Positions 48,209-56,750 of a stretch of 64,000 bases of DNA are shown here, one piece after another (within the stretch, counting starts at the first letter, position 1; each line of letters starts with the position of its first letter). The stretch covers positions 1,728,001-1,792,000 of the forward strand of contig OY759726.1 of NCBI GenBank assembly GCA_963662625.1, read 5' to 3'. The stretch comes from Nitrosopumilus sp. Lineage in GTDB: Archaea; Thermoproteota; Nitrososphaeria; Nitrososphaerales; Nitrosopumilaceae. The notes under the pieces are model-generated. The model was not told the DNA's origin and ran no database searches. It was given only the letters and a program-made list of their open reading frames with translations. A program made the position numbers and the translations under genes.

Positions 48209-48618
48209 GACGGGGTAAACCCGTGGTACCCGCCCGTCTGCTGGTCCTTGTCTTCGAAACTGGGCTCGAACAGCGAAACCAGATAGTCGTCCGGATCCAG
48301 CACTATGGCGTTCTTTCCGGCTTCCCTGTCCACTATGTCGCGGTAGACCTTGATGCCGTGCCCCTTCAGCTCCTCGACGGCCGACTTTACGTCACCCACC
48401 AGGAAGCCGATGGTGATCCCGTTGTCAATGGAACTGCCGATGTGTTCGGCAGTAAGCGACGCCGGATGCAGGCTCAGCAGGGCCCCCGAGGTCCCTAGGT
48501 CGATCCACGACCTGCGCTGGTTTTTTATGGGCAGGCCGATCAGCTCGTGGTAAAAGTGCATGGACCTGTCGAGGTCTTTTACGGCCAGGATCACGTTGCC
48601 GACTTTTTTGATGTTCAC
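48205..48618 (-). CDS. VOC/glyoxalase-family protein
   Basis: VILAVKDLDRSMHFYHELIGL...IGFLVGDV...LDPDDYLVSL. Confidence 0.9.
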   Translation of the reverse strand: MNIKKVGNVILAVKDLDRSMHFYHELIGLPIKNQRRSWIDLGTSGALLSLHPASLTAEHIGSSIDNGITIGFLVGDVKSAVEELKGHGIKVYRDIVDREAGKNAIVLDPDDYLVSLFEPSFEDKDQQTGGYHGFTPS

Positions 48619-48958
48619 GGTATTTACTCACCCCAAGTCCGTTAAATCCTTTTCTTCCCGGATCAAGTCCCGGAAAAGGCGCCTTCCTGAAACAGGAGCG
48701 CTGGGGCGTGCGGTTCCCTGCGCCCCGGACGCGGATCCGTCCCCGTCCCGGCGGGCAGCGACGCTGGGAGGGGGGCGCCCGGAAGGCCGCGCGCAAGGCG
48801 GCGCCGGATCCCGGGAAATGCTGCCCGACGGCTGCCAGATGGTGCCCAGCCCCCGGGGCACGGGCGCTGCGGGAACGCCGGGCCGCTGCTGAGGTGCTGC
48901 CCGACGTCGCTGCGCGGGTACGTGTCGTCGGCCATGCGCGGTGGGAATGTGAGCCGGC

Positions 48959-49549
48959 ATGGATAGGAAGGAACTCAGCTCCTTCCTTGCCGTGTTCAGG
49001 GACTCCAGGTTCCACACGCCCGTGATCGTGGCGGGGTGTGTCATCATGGGCCTCCACACGTTCCACCCGCCGCTGCTCGGTGTCTCGTCGAGTTTTATAT
49101 TGATGGGGGTGGTAGGTCTAGTGATGAAGTTCACCACGAAGCAGATCACCAAGGACATCAATGATAACTTCGGGAAGGTCATCAGGGGGAACGAGGAGTT
49201 GATGGCGGAAGCCGTGGCGAATACGCGGGCCATCAACGCGCTAGGGGCTTCAATTGAGGAGTCTAATGAGCGCATCGTCAACTCGCTCGAGGCTTCGAGG
49301 AAGGAGACTGCCAGTCTCCTCAACTCGCTCGAGGCTTCGAGGAAGGAGACTGCCAGTCTCCTCAACTCGCTCGAGGCTTCGAGGAAGGAGACTGCCAGTC
49401 TCCTCAACTCGCTCGAGTCCTCCATGCGAAAAAACCACCTGGAACTAATCGAGTTCCTCAGGTCTGGGGAAAGCCCCCCAGGCGTGGCTGCGGGCGGCCC
49501 GCCCACTGGCGGGCCCGCGGCCGGAAGGGGCCAAGGCCCCGAAACGTAG
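48959..49549 (+). CDS. Membrane-anchored coiled-coil protein with 14-aa repeats
   Basis: Two N-terminal hydrophobic segments then (NSLEASRKETASLL)3. Confidence 0.7.
   Translation: MDRKELSSFLAVFRDSRFHTPVIVAGCVIMGLHTFHPPLLGVSSSFILMGVVGLVMKFTTKQITKDINDNFGKVIRGNEELMAEAVANTRAINALGASIEESNERIVNSLEASRKETASLLNSLEASRKETASLLNSLEASRKETASLLNSLESSMRKNHLELIEFLRSGESPPGVAAGGPPTGGPAAGRGQGPET
49279..49417. repeat. Perfect 42-bp tandem repeat x3 plus partial copy
   Basis: CAACTCGCTCGAGGCTTCGAGGAAGGAGACTGCCAGTCTCCT at 49279, 49321, 49363. Confidence 0.95.
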
Positions 49550-50020
49550 ATGCGCCGGCCGGCACTTGCCGGGACTGGCCGCCAAGCGCGGCCGGAAGGG
49601 GACGAGACCGGGGGCCGCCCGGCCCCCGCCGCGGAACCGCGGCAGCCACTGCCGTCACGGCAGGACAACGGATCACCGGGGGCGGTTCCTTGGAACAGGT
49701 AGCAAAGCACGGTGGAAGGTTGGAATGTACGAGAGCCCCGTCGGGGGGAGGACGGCGGCGGAGGCATGGAACCTGCTTCCAGCAGGCGTCAATGGCGGCA
49801 GCGCCACCGCGGCGATGCGGGGCACGACGGCAAGCCGTAGCCGTCACGCCGGATGCTGGGGTTTCCGAGGGCGCTGAGATCGCGCGTGGCGGATCCTGCA
49901 ACATGTCGGATCCCTGCGGCGGCCCGGGACGCCCTAGACTGGCGGTTTTTGGCCCATCAGCAATCCCGCCCCTCGGGGTTTCTGCCAAAGCGAATGCGGG
50001 AAAAAGGCGCGGTGCCCTTG

Positions 50021-50239
50021 CTACTGCACTTCGACCATGGTCTCGGTCCGCTCCACGCCGTTGATCCTCTGTATCTGGTTGGTAATATCCTTGATTTTTG
50101 GCAGGTCGTCGACCTCTATGATGGCCACCGCGTCAAACTGGCCGCTTGTGGGAAACGAGTCGTATACCGAGTCGACCTTCCGAAGCCGCGCGGCAATGAG
50201 CTTCTTGGGTGATTTTACCAGGACTATAGCCCTTACCAA
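50021..50239 (-). CDS. Stand-alone Lrp/AsnC ligand-binding (RAM) domain protein
   Basis: RAIVLV...TSGQFDAVAIIE...IQRINGVERTET. Confidence 0.85.
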   Translation of the reverse strand: MVRAIVLVKSPKKLIAARLRKVDSVYDSFPTSGQFDAVAIIEVDDLPKIKDITNQIQRINGVERTETMVEVQ

Positions 50240-50472
50240 CCCATGTTCACCTCCACTTCCATCAGGGTCTCGGTGGTTACTATGTCCTTGATCCTCTTAA
50301 AGTCTATCACCATGCTGTTTATCTCGTCGATGTTGCCCTGCATTATGACGCTGATGTCGGCCCTCCCCGTGACTACCAGGATGTCCTTGACTACCTTGTG
50401 CTTCTTCCTCAATATGCGGACTACGTTGTCCACCTGGCCCGGCTTGACGCCAATCAGGCATAGCGCTCTCAT
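50233..50472 (-). CDS. Stand-alone Lrp/AsnC ligand-binding (RAM) domain protein
   Basis: RALCLIGVKPG...VTGRADI...IKDIVTTETL. Confidence 0.85.
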   Translation of the reverse strand: MRALCLIGVKPGQVDNVVRILRKKHKVVKDILVVTGRADISVIMQGNIDEINSMVIDFKRIKDIVTTETLMEVEVNMGW

Positions 50473-50508
50473 GATAACCATTCGCAGTTGGATCGGATAA
50501 GTATTGCC

Positions 50509-50937
50509 TTAGTCGAAGGCTTCCTGCGAGCGGGCCTCCTCAAGGTACGCCCGCCTTTCCTCGTTCACCTTTTCCATGTCAATCGTGATATCGTCGTCCA
50601 CGATTACGATCCCGACGTCGTCGATCGGCTCTTCTGCAACCTTCTTGGCCTTCGGCTTTGTTTTCGGCCTTGCGTTGGACTTCGGCCTTGCATTGGACTT
50701 CGGCCTTGCATTGGACTTCGGCCTTGCATTGGACTTCGGCCTTGCATTGGACTTCGGCCTTGCATTGGACTTCGGCCTTGCATTGGACTTCGGCCTTGCA
50801 TTGGACTTCGGCCTTGCATTGGACTTCGGCCTTGCATTGGACTTCGGCCTTGCATTGGACTTCGGCTTGGCTGTCTTTTTTGCTGTCTTTGACCCGCTTG
50901 CTTTGGGTTTGCCCGTCTTCTTGGTTGCGTCAACCAT
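50509..50937 (-). CDS. Hypothetical protein: basic Lys/Pro-rich repeat N-terminus, acidic C-terminus
   Basis: MVDATKK...(SNARPK)11...GIVIVDDDITID...ERRAYLEEARSQE. Confidence 0.75.
   Translation of the reverse strand: MVDATKKTGKPKASGSKTAKKTAKPKSNARPKSNARPKSNARPKSNARPKSNARPKSNARPKSNARPKSNARPKSNARPKSNARPKSNARPKTKPKAKKVAEEPIDDVGIVIVDDDITIDMEKVNEERRAYLEEARSQEAFD
50663..50860. repeat. 18-bp tandem repeat x11 (10 identical, 1 synonymous variant)
   Basis: TTCGGCCTTGCATTGGAC 50681-50860; variant TTCGGCCTTGCGTTGGAC 50663-50680. Confidence 0.96.
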
Positions 50938-51680
50938 GAGTGTCGAATGACAAGAGTTAGCCATATTATTAAATATTTTGCGAATTCTTAGATGCCGTAG
51001 CGTGCGAAAACCAGGCCGCGTTGGTTTAGGGATTCCTGCAAATGACCGCTTTGCAGATCAAGAAGGCGGGCGAAACCCGGGCCGGTGGAAAAGCAGATCA
51101 CGTGCGCCGCCTGCCGGCGGCATGGGGAACCGCCGGCTGCGGGTACTGCGGCGGGTACCGAGGCGGCCGGGGACGCGTCCGTGGATCGCGCTACGGCTTC
51201 GCCGTGGCTGGCGCGCCGGCGGGCGACGTGGAGGGCCGCTGGGATCCGCCGCGCTGGCCGCTGCCGGGGGTGCCCGGAACGCTGCGGCCCCCCGGCGCGG
51301 GAAGCACTTCCCGCACTCGAATTTCCCGCTGGCCGCCAGATGCCCGCGTCGGGTGGCGGTCCCGGCGCGGGAGAAGGCGGGTCCCCTGCCCACCACGCGG
51401 CCCCACGGAAGACGGCCCGGCATGCGCCGCGGAGCAGCAGGCCATGTCCAGGCGGGGTGACGCGGAGGCGGATACCGCGAAATGCGGCGGTTGGGAGACC
51501 CCGCTAGGATCCGGGACGGCCTCCAGATCAAATGCTTATATAGCCACGGGCTATATGATGGGCGACTCGACACAACATGTATGGATTCAAGAGACCCGAC
51601 CGCAAAGGCATGGAGGGTGACGCCATCCTGGCGTGTGCGGGTTTGGGAGGTTAGCTGTTTTGGCAGATGGTGCGCGCGGC

Positions 51681-52655
51681 ATGGTTTGCGGGGAAAAGGC
51701 ACGGCGCCCCGGTTCCCCGAGGTTTCTTGCGCTGTCGCTTGCCGTGGTCTTCCTTGCATCGTCGGCCCCGCTGGCACAGGCGCAGGAGATCTCGGCAGAA
51801 GACATCTACGAGCCCGGACTGGAGGCGCTGAAGGCCTTTGTAACCGAAATCGCCGAGGCCACCCCGAAGATAATGGCCGCGGTCATCCTGCTGATCATCG
51901 GGCTGATAGCAGGGAAGGTGATCGGGAAGGTGGTACAAAAGACCGCCGCCACCATACTGAAGAAGACCAGCCTCAAGTCTGCCGGTGAAGACGTCCTGTC
52001 CCAGGCCACGGATCAGAAGGACTCGTCGAATCTGATATCCGCCACGGTCAGGTGGTTCGTATACCTGTTCTTCATAATAGCCGCGATTAACGCGCTGGAG
52101 TTCGAGCAGCTGTCATCGGCGCTGACGGACCTGTGGCTCTGGGTTCCCAACCTCCTGGCATTCATCCTGATAGTCGTCGTGGGACTGATCGTCGCGAATT
52201 TTGTCGGGAAGTGGCTGGATCAGGAGCTAATCAAGAAGGATCTCGGGGGTTCCAAGTACGTCACGCTGGGCATCAAGGTGATCATCTACGCGATAATCTT
52301 CGCCATCGCCCTGACGCAGCTGGGGATCGGCCAGGAGATCATACCGATCCTGGTTTCCGCGTTTTCGTGGAGCCTCGCCATCGGCGTCGGCGCCGCCGTT
52401 GCCATAGGGCTCGGGTTTGCGCTAAAGGACATATTTCCGGCGGTGATCAGCTCGGCGTCAAAGCAGAGCTCCGTGTTAAAGGTGGGCCAGAGGGTGAGGA
52501 TAGGGGAACGTACCGGGACGATAACTTCCGTGGAGTTGCTGCACGTAGTGCTGGCCAACGAGCAGAACGAGAGCGTGGTCATCCCGACGAAGGTCCTGGC
52601 AAACGACACGATAACCATACTCGGGTCAGAGAGCGGCGAAACTGCCAAGGACTGA
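51681..52655 (+). CDS. MscS-family / TM-helix-repeat mechanosensitive channel protein
   Basis: PKIMAAVILLIIG and PNLLAFILIVVVG repeats; AIGLGFALKD, LKVGQRVRIG..TGTI, VVIPT. Confidence 0.85.
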   Translation: MVCGEKARRPGSPRFLALSLAVVFLASSAPLAQAQEISAEDIYEPGLEALKAFVTEIAEATPKIMAAVILLIIGLIAGKVIGKVVQKTAATILKKTSLKSAGEDVLSQATDQKDSSNLISATVRWFVYLFFIIAAINALEFEQLSSALTDLWLWVPNLLAFILIVVVGLIVANFVGKWLDQELIKKDLGGSKYVTLGIKVIIYAIIFAIALTQLGIGQEIIPILVSAFSWSLAIGVGAAVAIGLGFALKDIFPAVISSASKQSSVLKVGQRVRIGERTGTITSVELLHVVLANEQNESVVIPTKVLANDTITILGSESGETAKD

Positions 52656-53003
52656 CCCGCGCGTTTTGCCTGGCCGTGCCGCCCCCGGCGGAGGCGGGCC
52701 GAAAGGCGGCGGCCACGTGGCAGCCGATCGCTCGATCATCGCTGATCGTGGCATCGCGCCTGTTGTACGCCGGCGTCGCCCCGGCCACCGCGTCGCCCCT
52801 TGCCCCGCCGCGGGGCACCGCAGACGAGGTGCGGGCGCCCCCGGCGGGTGATCCAGCCGCGGAAACGGCCTGCGCCTGCAACCACGACGGCGCGCCGGAC
52901 GCGGCTTGGACGCGCGTGCCCAAACCCCGCGGGCCGGTGTTGGCCGCGGCCGCCGGAAAACCCGTCCCGGGAGAGGCGGCGCGAGGATCCCCCGGCGCCC
53001 ACG

Positions 53004-53444
53004 CTACGCCGCGTCCCGTTCCCCCAGCATCCTGTCCTGGTTCTCGAGCATCCTGTCCTGGTTCTCGAGCATCCTGTCCTGGTTCTCGAGCATCCTGTCC
53101 TGGCTTTTCATTATGCCGTGAAGGTACATGGCACCCGTGGCGTGGCCCTCCACCATCTCCTCAAGAAAGTCCCCCAGGACGATCCTGAACGTCCGGTACT
53201 CGCCGGTGGGCTCGGAATAGTCGGCCCGTATGTCGTCGACCTCGACTGGCCTTTCCGCGTTTCGCACGGCCTCGATGAACATCTCGATGCTGCCATCCTC
53301 CCCCTCGCAGGCGATGCGGACGGACCCGTCCTCCATGTTCACGACCTCGCCATTCAGGCCGTGCTGCCTTGCCATGCTCCTCACGGCGTAGCGGAAGCCG
53401 ACCCCCTGAACCAGCCCGGAGACCGTTATGTTTGCGCGCTTCAT
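53004..53444 (-). CDS. Acylphosphatase-domain protein with C-terminal heptad-repeat extension
   Basis: VSGLVQGVGFR...LNGEVVNMEDGSVRIACEG, then (QDRMLEN)3 QDRML. Confidence 0.88.
   Translation of the reverse strand: MKRANITVSGLVQGVGFRYAVRSMARQHGLNGEVVNMEDGSVRIACEGEDGSIEMFIEAVRNAERPVEVDDIRADYSEPTGEYRTFRIVLGDFLEEMVEGHATGAMYLHGIMKSQDRMLENQDRMLENQDRMLENQDRMLGERDAA
53026..53103. repeat. Perfect 21-bp tandem repeat x3 plus partial copy
   Basis: AGCATCCTGTCCTGGTTCTCG at 53026, 53047, 53068. Confidence 0.94.
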
Positions 53445-53533
53445 GCGGCAGTATCGGCGTGCGCGCTATTAGACTGTTGCCGTGGCGCGGGGGAACCCGG
53501 TTCCGGCGGCGCCCATGCGCGTTACTGGGAAGG

Positions 53534-53607
53534 TGCCAGGGGCGGGATTTGAACGCGCGACAGCTCGGTCTTCAGCCGAGTGCTCTCCCGGGCTGAGCTA
53601 CCCTGGC
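53534..53607 (-). tRNA. tRNA-Phe(GAA), intronless
   Basis: GCCAGGGTAGCTCAGCCCGGGAGAGCACTCGGCTGAAGACCGAGCTGTCGCGCGTTCAAATCCCGCCCCTGGCA; anticodon stem CTCGG/CCGAG. Confidence 0.95.
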
Positions 53608-53635
53608 ACACAGGGGTTTTCTTCCGCCTGAGGAA

Positions 53636-54184
53636 TTAAAGTGTGTCTTTTGCCTTCCAGGCGACGTCCCCGCGGCCCCCCCTCCTGTTGGCAATCCGGG
53701 CCAGCACGAAGAGCAGGTCCGACAGCCTGTTCAGGTAGACGGCGCAGAGGGGGTTTGCGTGCTCGCCCTCCCCTAGCAGCACGGCCCGGATCTCCGCCCT
53801 GCGGGCGACAGTCCTGGCGTGGTGGAGGTGGGCCGCCAGCGCGTTCCCCCCCGGCAGCACGAAGTTTTCCAGCCGGGGAAGCTCCCCCTCGAACCCGTCG
53901 ATGCTCGACTCCAGGCCGCGCACCATCTGCTCCGTCACCCGGTTCGAGTCGTCGTCCGGATCCGGGTTCGACATGTCAGCGCCTAGCACGAAGAGGTCGT
54001 TTTGGACGCGGGTCAGGACGTCGGAGACGTCCCCGTCGGGCCCGCACGCGAGGGACACCCCCAGGGCGGCGTTGACCTCGTCGACCGCGCCGTACGCTAC
54101 TATGCGCCGGCTGGTCTTGGGGACGCGCGTCCCGCCGAGCACCCCGGTCGTCCCGTCGTCGCCGGTCCTGGTGTATATCTTCAC
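53636..54184 (-). CDS. PduO-type cob(I)alamin adenosyltransferase
   Basis: MKIYTRTGDDGTT, YGAVDEVN, QNDLF, FVLPGG, RTVARRAE, YLNRLSDLLF. Confidence 0.95.
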   Translation of the reverse strand: MKIYTRTGDDGTTGVLGGTRVPKTSRRIVAYGAVDEVNAALGVSLACGPDGDVSDVLTRVQNDLFVLGADMSNPDPDDDSNRVTEQMVRGLESSIDGFEGELPRLENFVLPGGNALAAHLHHARTVARRAEIRAVLLGEGEHANPLCAVYLNRLSDLLFVLARIANRRGGRGDVAWKAKDTL

Positions 54185-54297
54185 AGCGTACCAGTCCGCG
54201 GGCTGATCTATTATGTCATTCGGATTGTTTAATTATCGATCCGTGGGATCTGACGCATGCCAAGACACGCGCGGCCGCGGCGGGCCGGCCCGGGGCC

Positions 54298-54921
54298 TTG
54301 ATCCTGGACTTCCTGAAGGCGGCAGCCGGCCTGAAGGGCGTCCGCCGGCAGGGGTGGATCGACAGGCTGGGCCACGGGGATCCGGAGACGGTCGCGGAGC
54401 ACTCCTACTCCATGGCGGTGATGGGGATGGTCTTTTCTGACCTGGAAGGCATGGACACCGGGAAGATCCTGAGGATGATCCTCCTGCACGATCTGGCCGA
54501 GTCCGAGGTGGGCGACATAACCCCCGGCGCGATGCCGGGCGGCGAGAAGGCCGGCCTCGAGGACGGCGCGATGGGGAGGATCCTCGCCAGCCTCCCGGGG
54601 AGCCTCTCCGGGCAGTACGCGCTCCTGTGGGACGAGTTCCGGCGCGACTCGTCGCCCGAGGCGAGGCTTGCCCACCAGCTTGACAGGCTGGAGATGGCCC
54701 TCCAGGCGAGCGCCTACCTCCGCGACGGCTTTGCGCCCGGGAAGATCGAGCCGTTCTTCGACTCCGCGAGGGACGGGATATCCGACAAAAACATAAAAGA
54801 AATTTTCACGGAGATACTGGAGGATGGACGGGGACAAGGACGAGCTGATAAGGGCCCAGAACCAGGTCATAGGCATGCTCCTCGAGGCGGTCAAGAGGCT
54901 GATGGCCAACAACGACCTTGA
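54298..54921 (+). CDS. HD-domain hydrolase (YfbR/HDDC2-like)
   Basis: LKGVRRQGW, ETVAEHSY, LLHDLAESEVGDITP, LDRLEMALQA. Confidence 0.92.
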   Translation: MILDFLKAAAGLKGVRRQGWIDRLGHGDPETVAEHSYSMAVMGMVFSDLEGMDTGKILRMILLHDLAESEVGDITPGAMPGGEKAGLEDGAMGRILASLPGSLSGQYALLWDEFRRDSSPEARLAHQLDRLEMALQASAYLRDGFAPGKIEPFFDSARDGISDKNIKEIFTEILEDGRGQGRADKGPEPGHRHAPRGGQEADGQQRP

Positions 54922-55051
54922 CGAGGAGTACCTCCGGATAGTCGCGTCGGGCGGGGCGGGCGTGGACGCCGGGAGGCTAGACAGCATCATCATGGAGAGG
55001 AAGGAGAACGCGAGGGTGGTGGGCAGGCTGCTGGAGCAGCTCCGGGGATAG
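54824..55051 (+). CDS. Hypothetical protein
   Basis: Helical 75-aa ORF overlapping the HD gene tail, typical codons. Confidence 0.65.
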   Translation: MDGDKDELIRAQNQVIGMLLEAVKRLMANNDLDEEYLRIVASGGAGVDAGRLDSIIMERKENARVVGRLLEQLRG

Positions 55052-55101
55052 CGCCGGGCCAGGAGAGATTGTTTTTATAGCGACCCGCCGTTCTGGTATC
55101 C

Positions 55102-55449
55102 GTGCAGTACTTTAGGGCGCTGAAGCTCGGGCAGAAGAGGGTTGCGGAGGCGAGGGAGTACCTCAACGGGCTCACGGGGGGCAGGGCGATGCCCGCCCTG
55201 GCCCTGGCCGACGGCAGCTCCGGCGCCTGGGAGGCCGTGGGCGAGGAGAACATGTACGCATTCGTGGACGAGTCGTCCGGCTTCGTCCTGACCGACGACA
55301 GCGGGTACATACTGGCACTGGTGGACAAGAGCGGCGCGTCAAAGGCCATAGTCCAGGGGGTGACCGGGGAGCAGAGGGGCGACCTGGAGAAGAGGTTCGG
55401 CGAAGACGGCGTCCCGGAGTTCAAGGGCAAGGTCATACTCCCGGTGTAG
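55102..55449 (+). CDS. Hypothetical protein
   Basis: TTTTTATA about 25 bp upstream; clean ORF. Confidence 0.75.
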   Translation: MQYFRALKLGQKRVAEAREYLNGLTGGRAMPALALADGSSGAWEAVGEENMYAFVDESSGFVLTDDSGYILALVDKSGASKAIVQGVTGEQRGDLEKRFGEDGVPEFKGKVILPV

Positions 55450-55506
55450 TGCAGGCCCGCGGGGGCGTCCCAAACGTTTTTGAGGGAACGGCGTGGAAGG
55501 TACCCA

Positions 55507-56730
55507 ATGAAGAAAAACTCCCGGGAGGTGGAGGTCAGGGGGCACCTGATCGACTCGATGATCCTCGCCAAGATACTCGACAAGGCCATGAACAGAGGGG
55601 GGGAGTTCGAGATAATGGAGCTCCGGGTCGGGAAGAGGAAGACGGACCACAGCCGCGCGAGGCTGCGCATCTCCGGGAGGAGCCAGGGGCACCTCGAGGA
55701 GATCATAAACGACATACACCGGGACGGGGCCATCCCGGTCAACGAGACCCCGGTGAGGCTCAAGAGGGCGCCCAAGGACATGACGCTGCCGAGGGGGTTT
55801 TACAGCACCACCAACAACAGGACGGCGATATTCCACGGGGGGGAGTGGATCCGGGTGGGCGGCCAGATGATGGACAAGTGCATCGTGGTGGACGACGGCG
55901 GGGCGTCGTGCGTCCCCATACGCGACGTGAAAAGGGGCGACATGGTCGTGGTGGGGGACTCCGGGGTCAGGGTGGAGCCGCCGGAGAGGCCGCGCGACAA
56001 GGCAAACATCTTCGCGTTCATGGGAAGCAGCAGTTCCAGCGAGAGGCCGACGCAGCACATCGCCGGGAAGGTGGCGCAGGACATACTCCGGACCGCCGGG
56101 AACGGGGGCAAGGTAGTGCTGGTCGGGGGGCCCGCCATAGTGCATACCGGGGCCGCGGGCTCCGTGGCAGAGATGATCAGGATGGGCTGCATCCACGGCG
56201 TCCTGGCCGGAAACGCGCTGGCGGTCCACGACATCGAGAACGCCACGCTCGGGACGTCCCTGGGGATGCACGTCCGGGACGCGACGCTGGCAAAGCGCGG
56301 CTACAGGAACCACATGGACACGGTAAACGAGGTATTCAGGGCAGGATCCATCGCCGGCATGGTGGGGGAAGGCAGGCTGAAGAGCGGGATCTTCTACGAG
56401 TGCGTGAAGGGCGGCGTCCCGTTCGTGCTGGCGGGATCCATCCGGGACGACGGGCCGCTGCCCGACGTGGTCACCGACGTGGTGGAGGCGCAGAGGCAGT
56501 ACAAGAGGGTCCTCAGGGACGCCGACATGGTGATAATGATCTCTACCATGCTCCACTCCATCGCCACGGGCAACATGCTGCCGGCTGACGTCCAGGTGAT
56601 AGCTATAGACATCAACCAGCCAACCGTGACCAAGCTGGTGGACAGGGGGACCTGGCAGGCGCTGGGGATAGTCTCGGACGTGGGGGCATTCCTGCCGCTG
56701 GTGGTGCAGCAGATCAAGGAGCTCGGGTGA
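55507..56730 (+). CDS. TIGR00300-family protein (LOR/SDH-like; ornithine cyclodeaminase type)
   Basis: GHLIDS, FYSTTN, F.FMGSSSSSERP, GGPAIVHTG, GNALAVHDIE, LAGSIRDDGPLP, MLHSIATGN, TKLVDRG. Confidence 0.88.
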   Translation: MKKNSREVEVRGHLIDSMILAKILDKAMNRGGEFEIMELRVGKRKTDHSRARLRISGRSQGHLEEIINDIHRDGAIPVNETPVRLKRAPKDMTLPRGFYSTTNNRTAIFHGGEWIRVGGQMMDKCIVVDDGGASCVPIRDVKRGDMVVVGDSGVRVEPPERPRDKANIFAFMGSSSSSERPTQHIAGKVAQDILRTAGNGGKVVLVGGPAIVHTGAAGSVAEMIRMGCIHGVLAGNALAVHDIENATLGTSLGMHVRDATLAKRGYRNHMDTVNEVFRAGSIAGMVGEGRLKSGIFYECVKGGVPFVLAGSIRDDGPLPDVVTDVVEAQRQYKRVLRDADMVIMISTMLHSIATGNMLPADVQVIAIDINQPTVTKLVDRGTWQALGIVSDVGAFLPLVVQQIKELG

Positions 56731-56750
56731 CGGCGGCCCCCGGCGCAGTG

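Noticed and set aside
44400-53533. Intact provirus or integrative element at tRNA-Phe
   Set aside because: No integrase, capsid or replication genes and no att duplication found; core-like genes are interspersed.
54824-54921. Frameshift in the HD hydrolase tail
   Set aside because: The HD domain is complete; the overlap is explained by read-on into the next gene's alternative frame.
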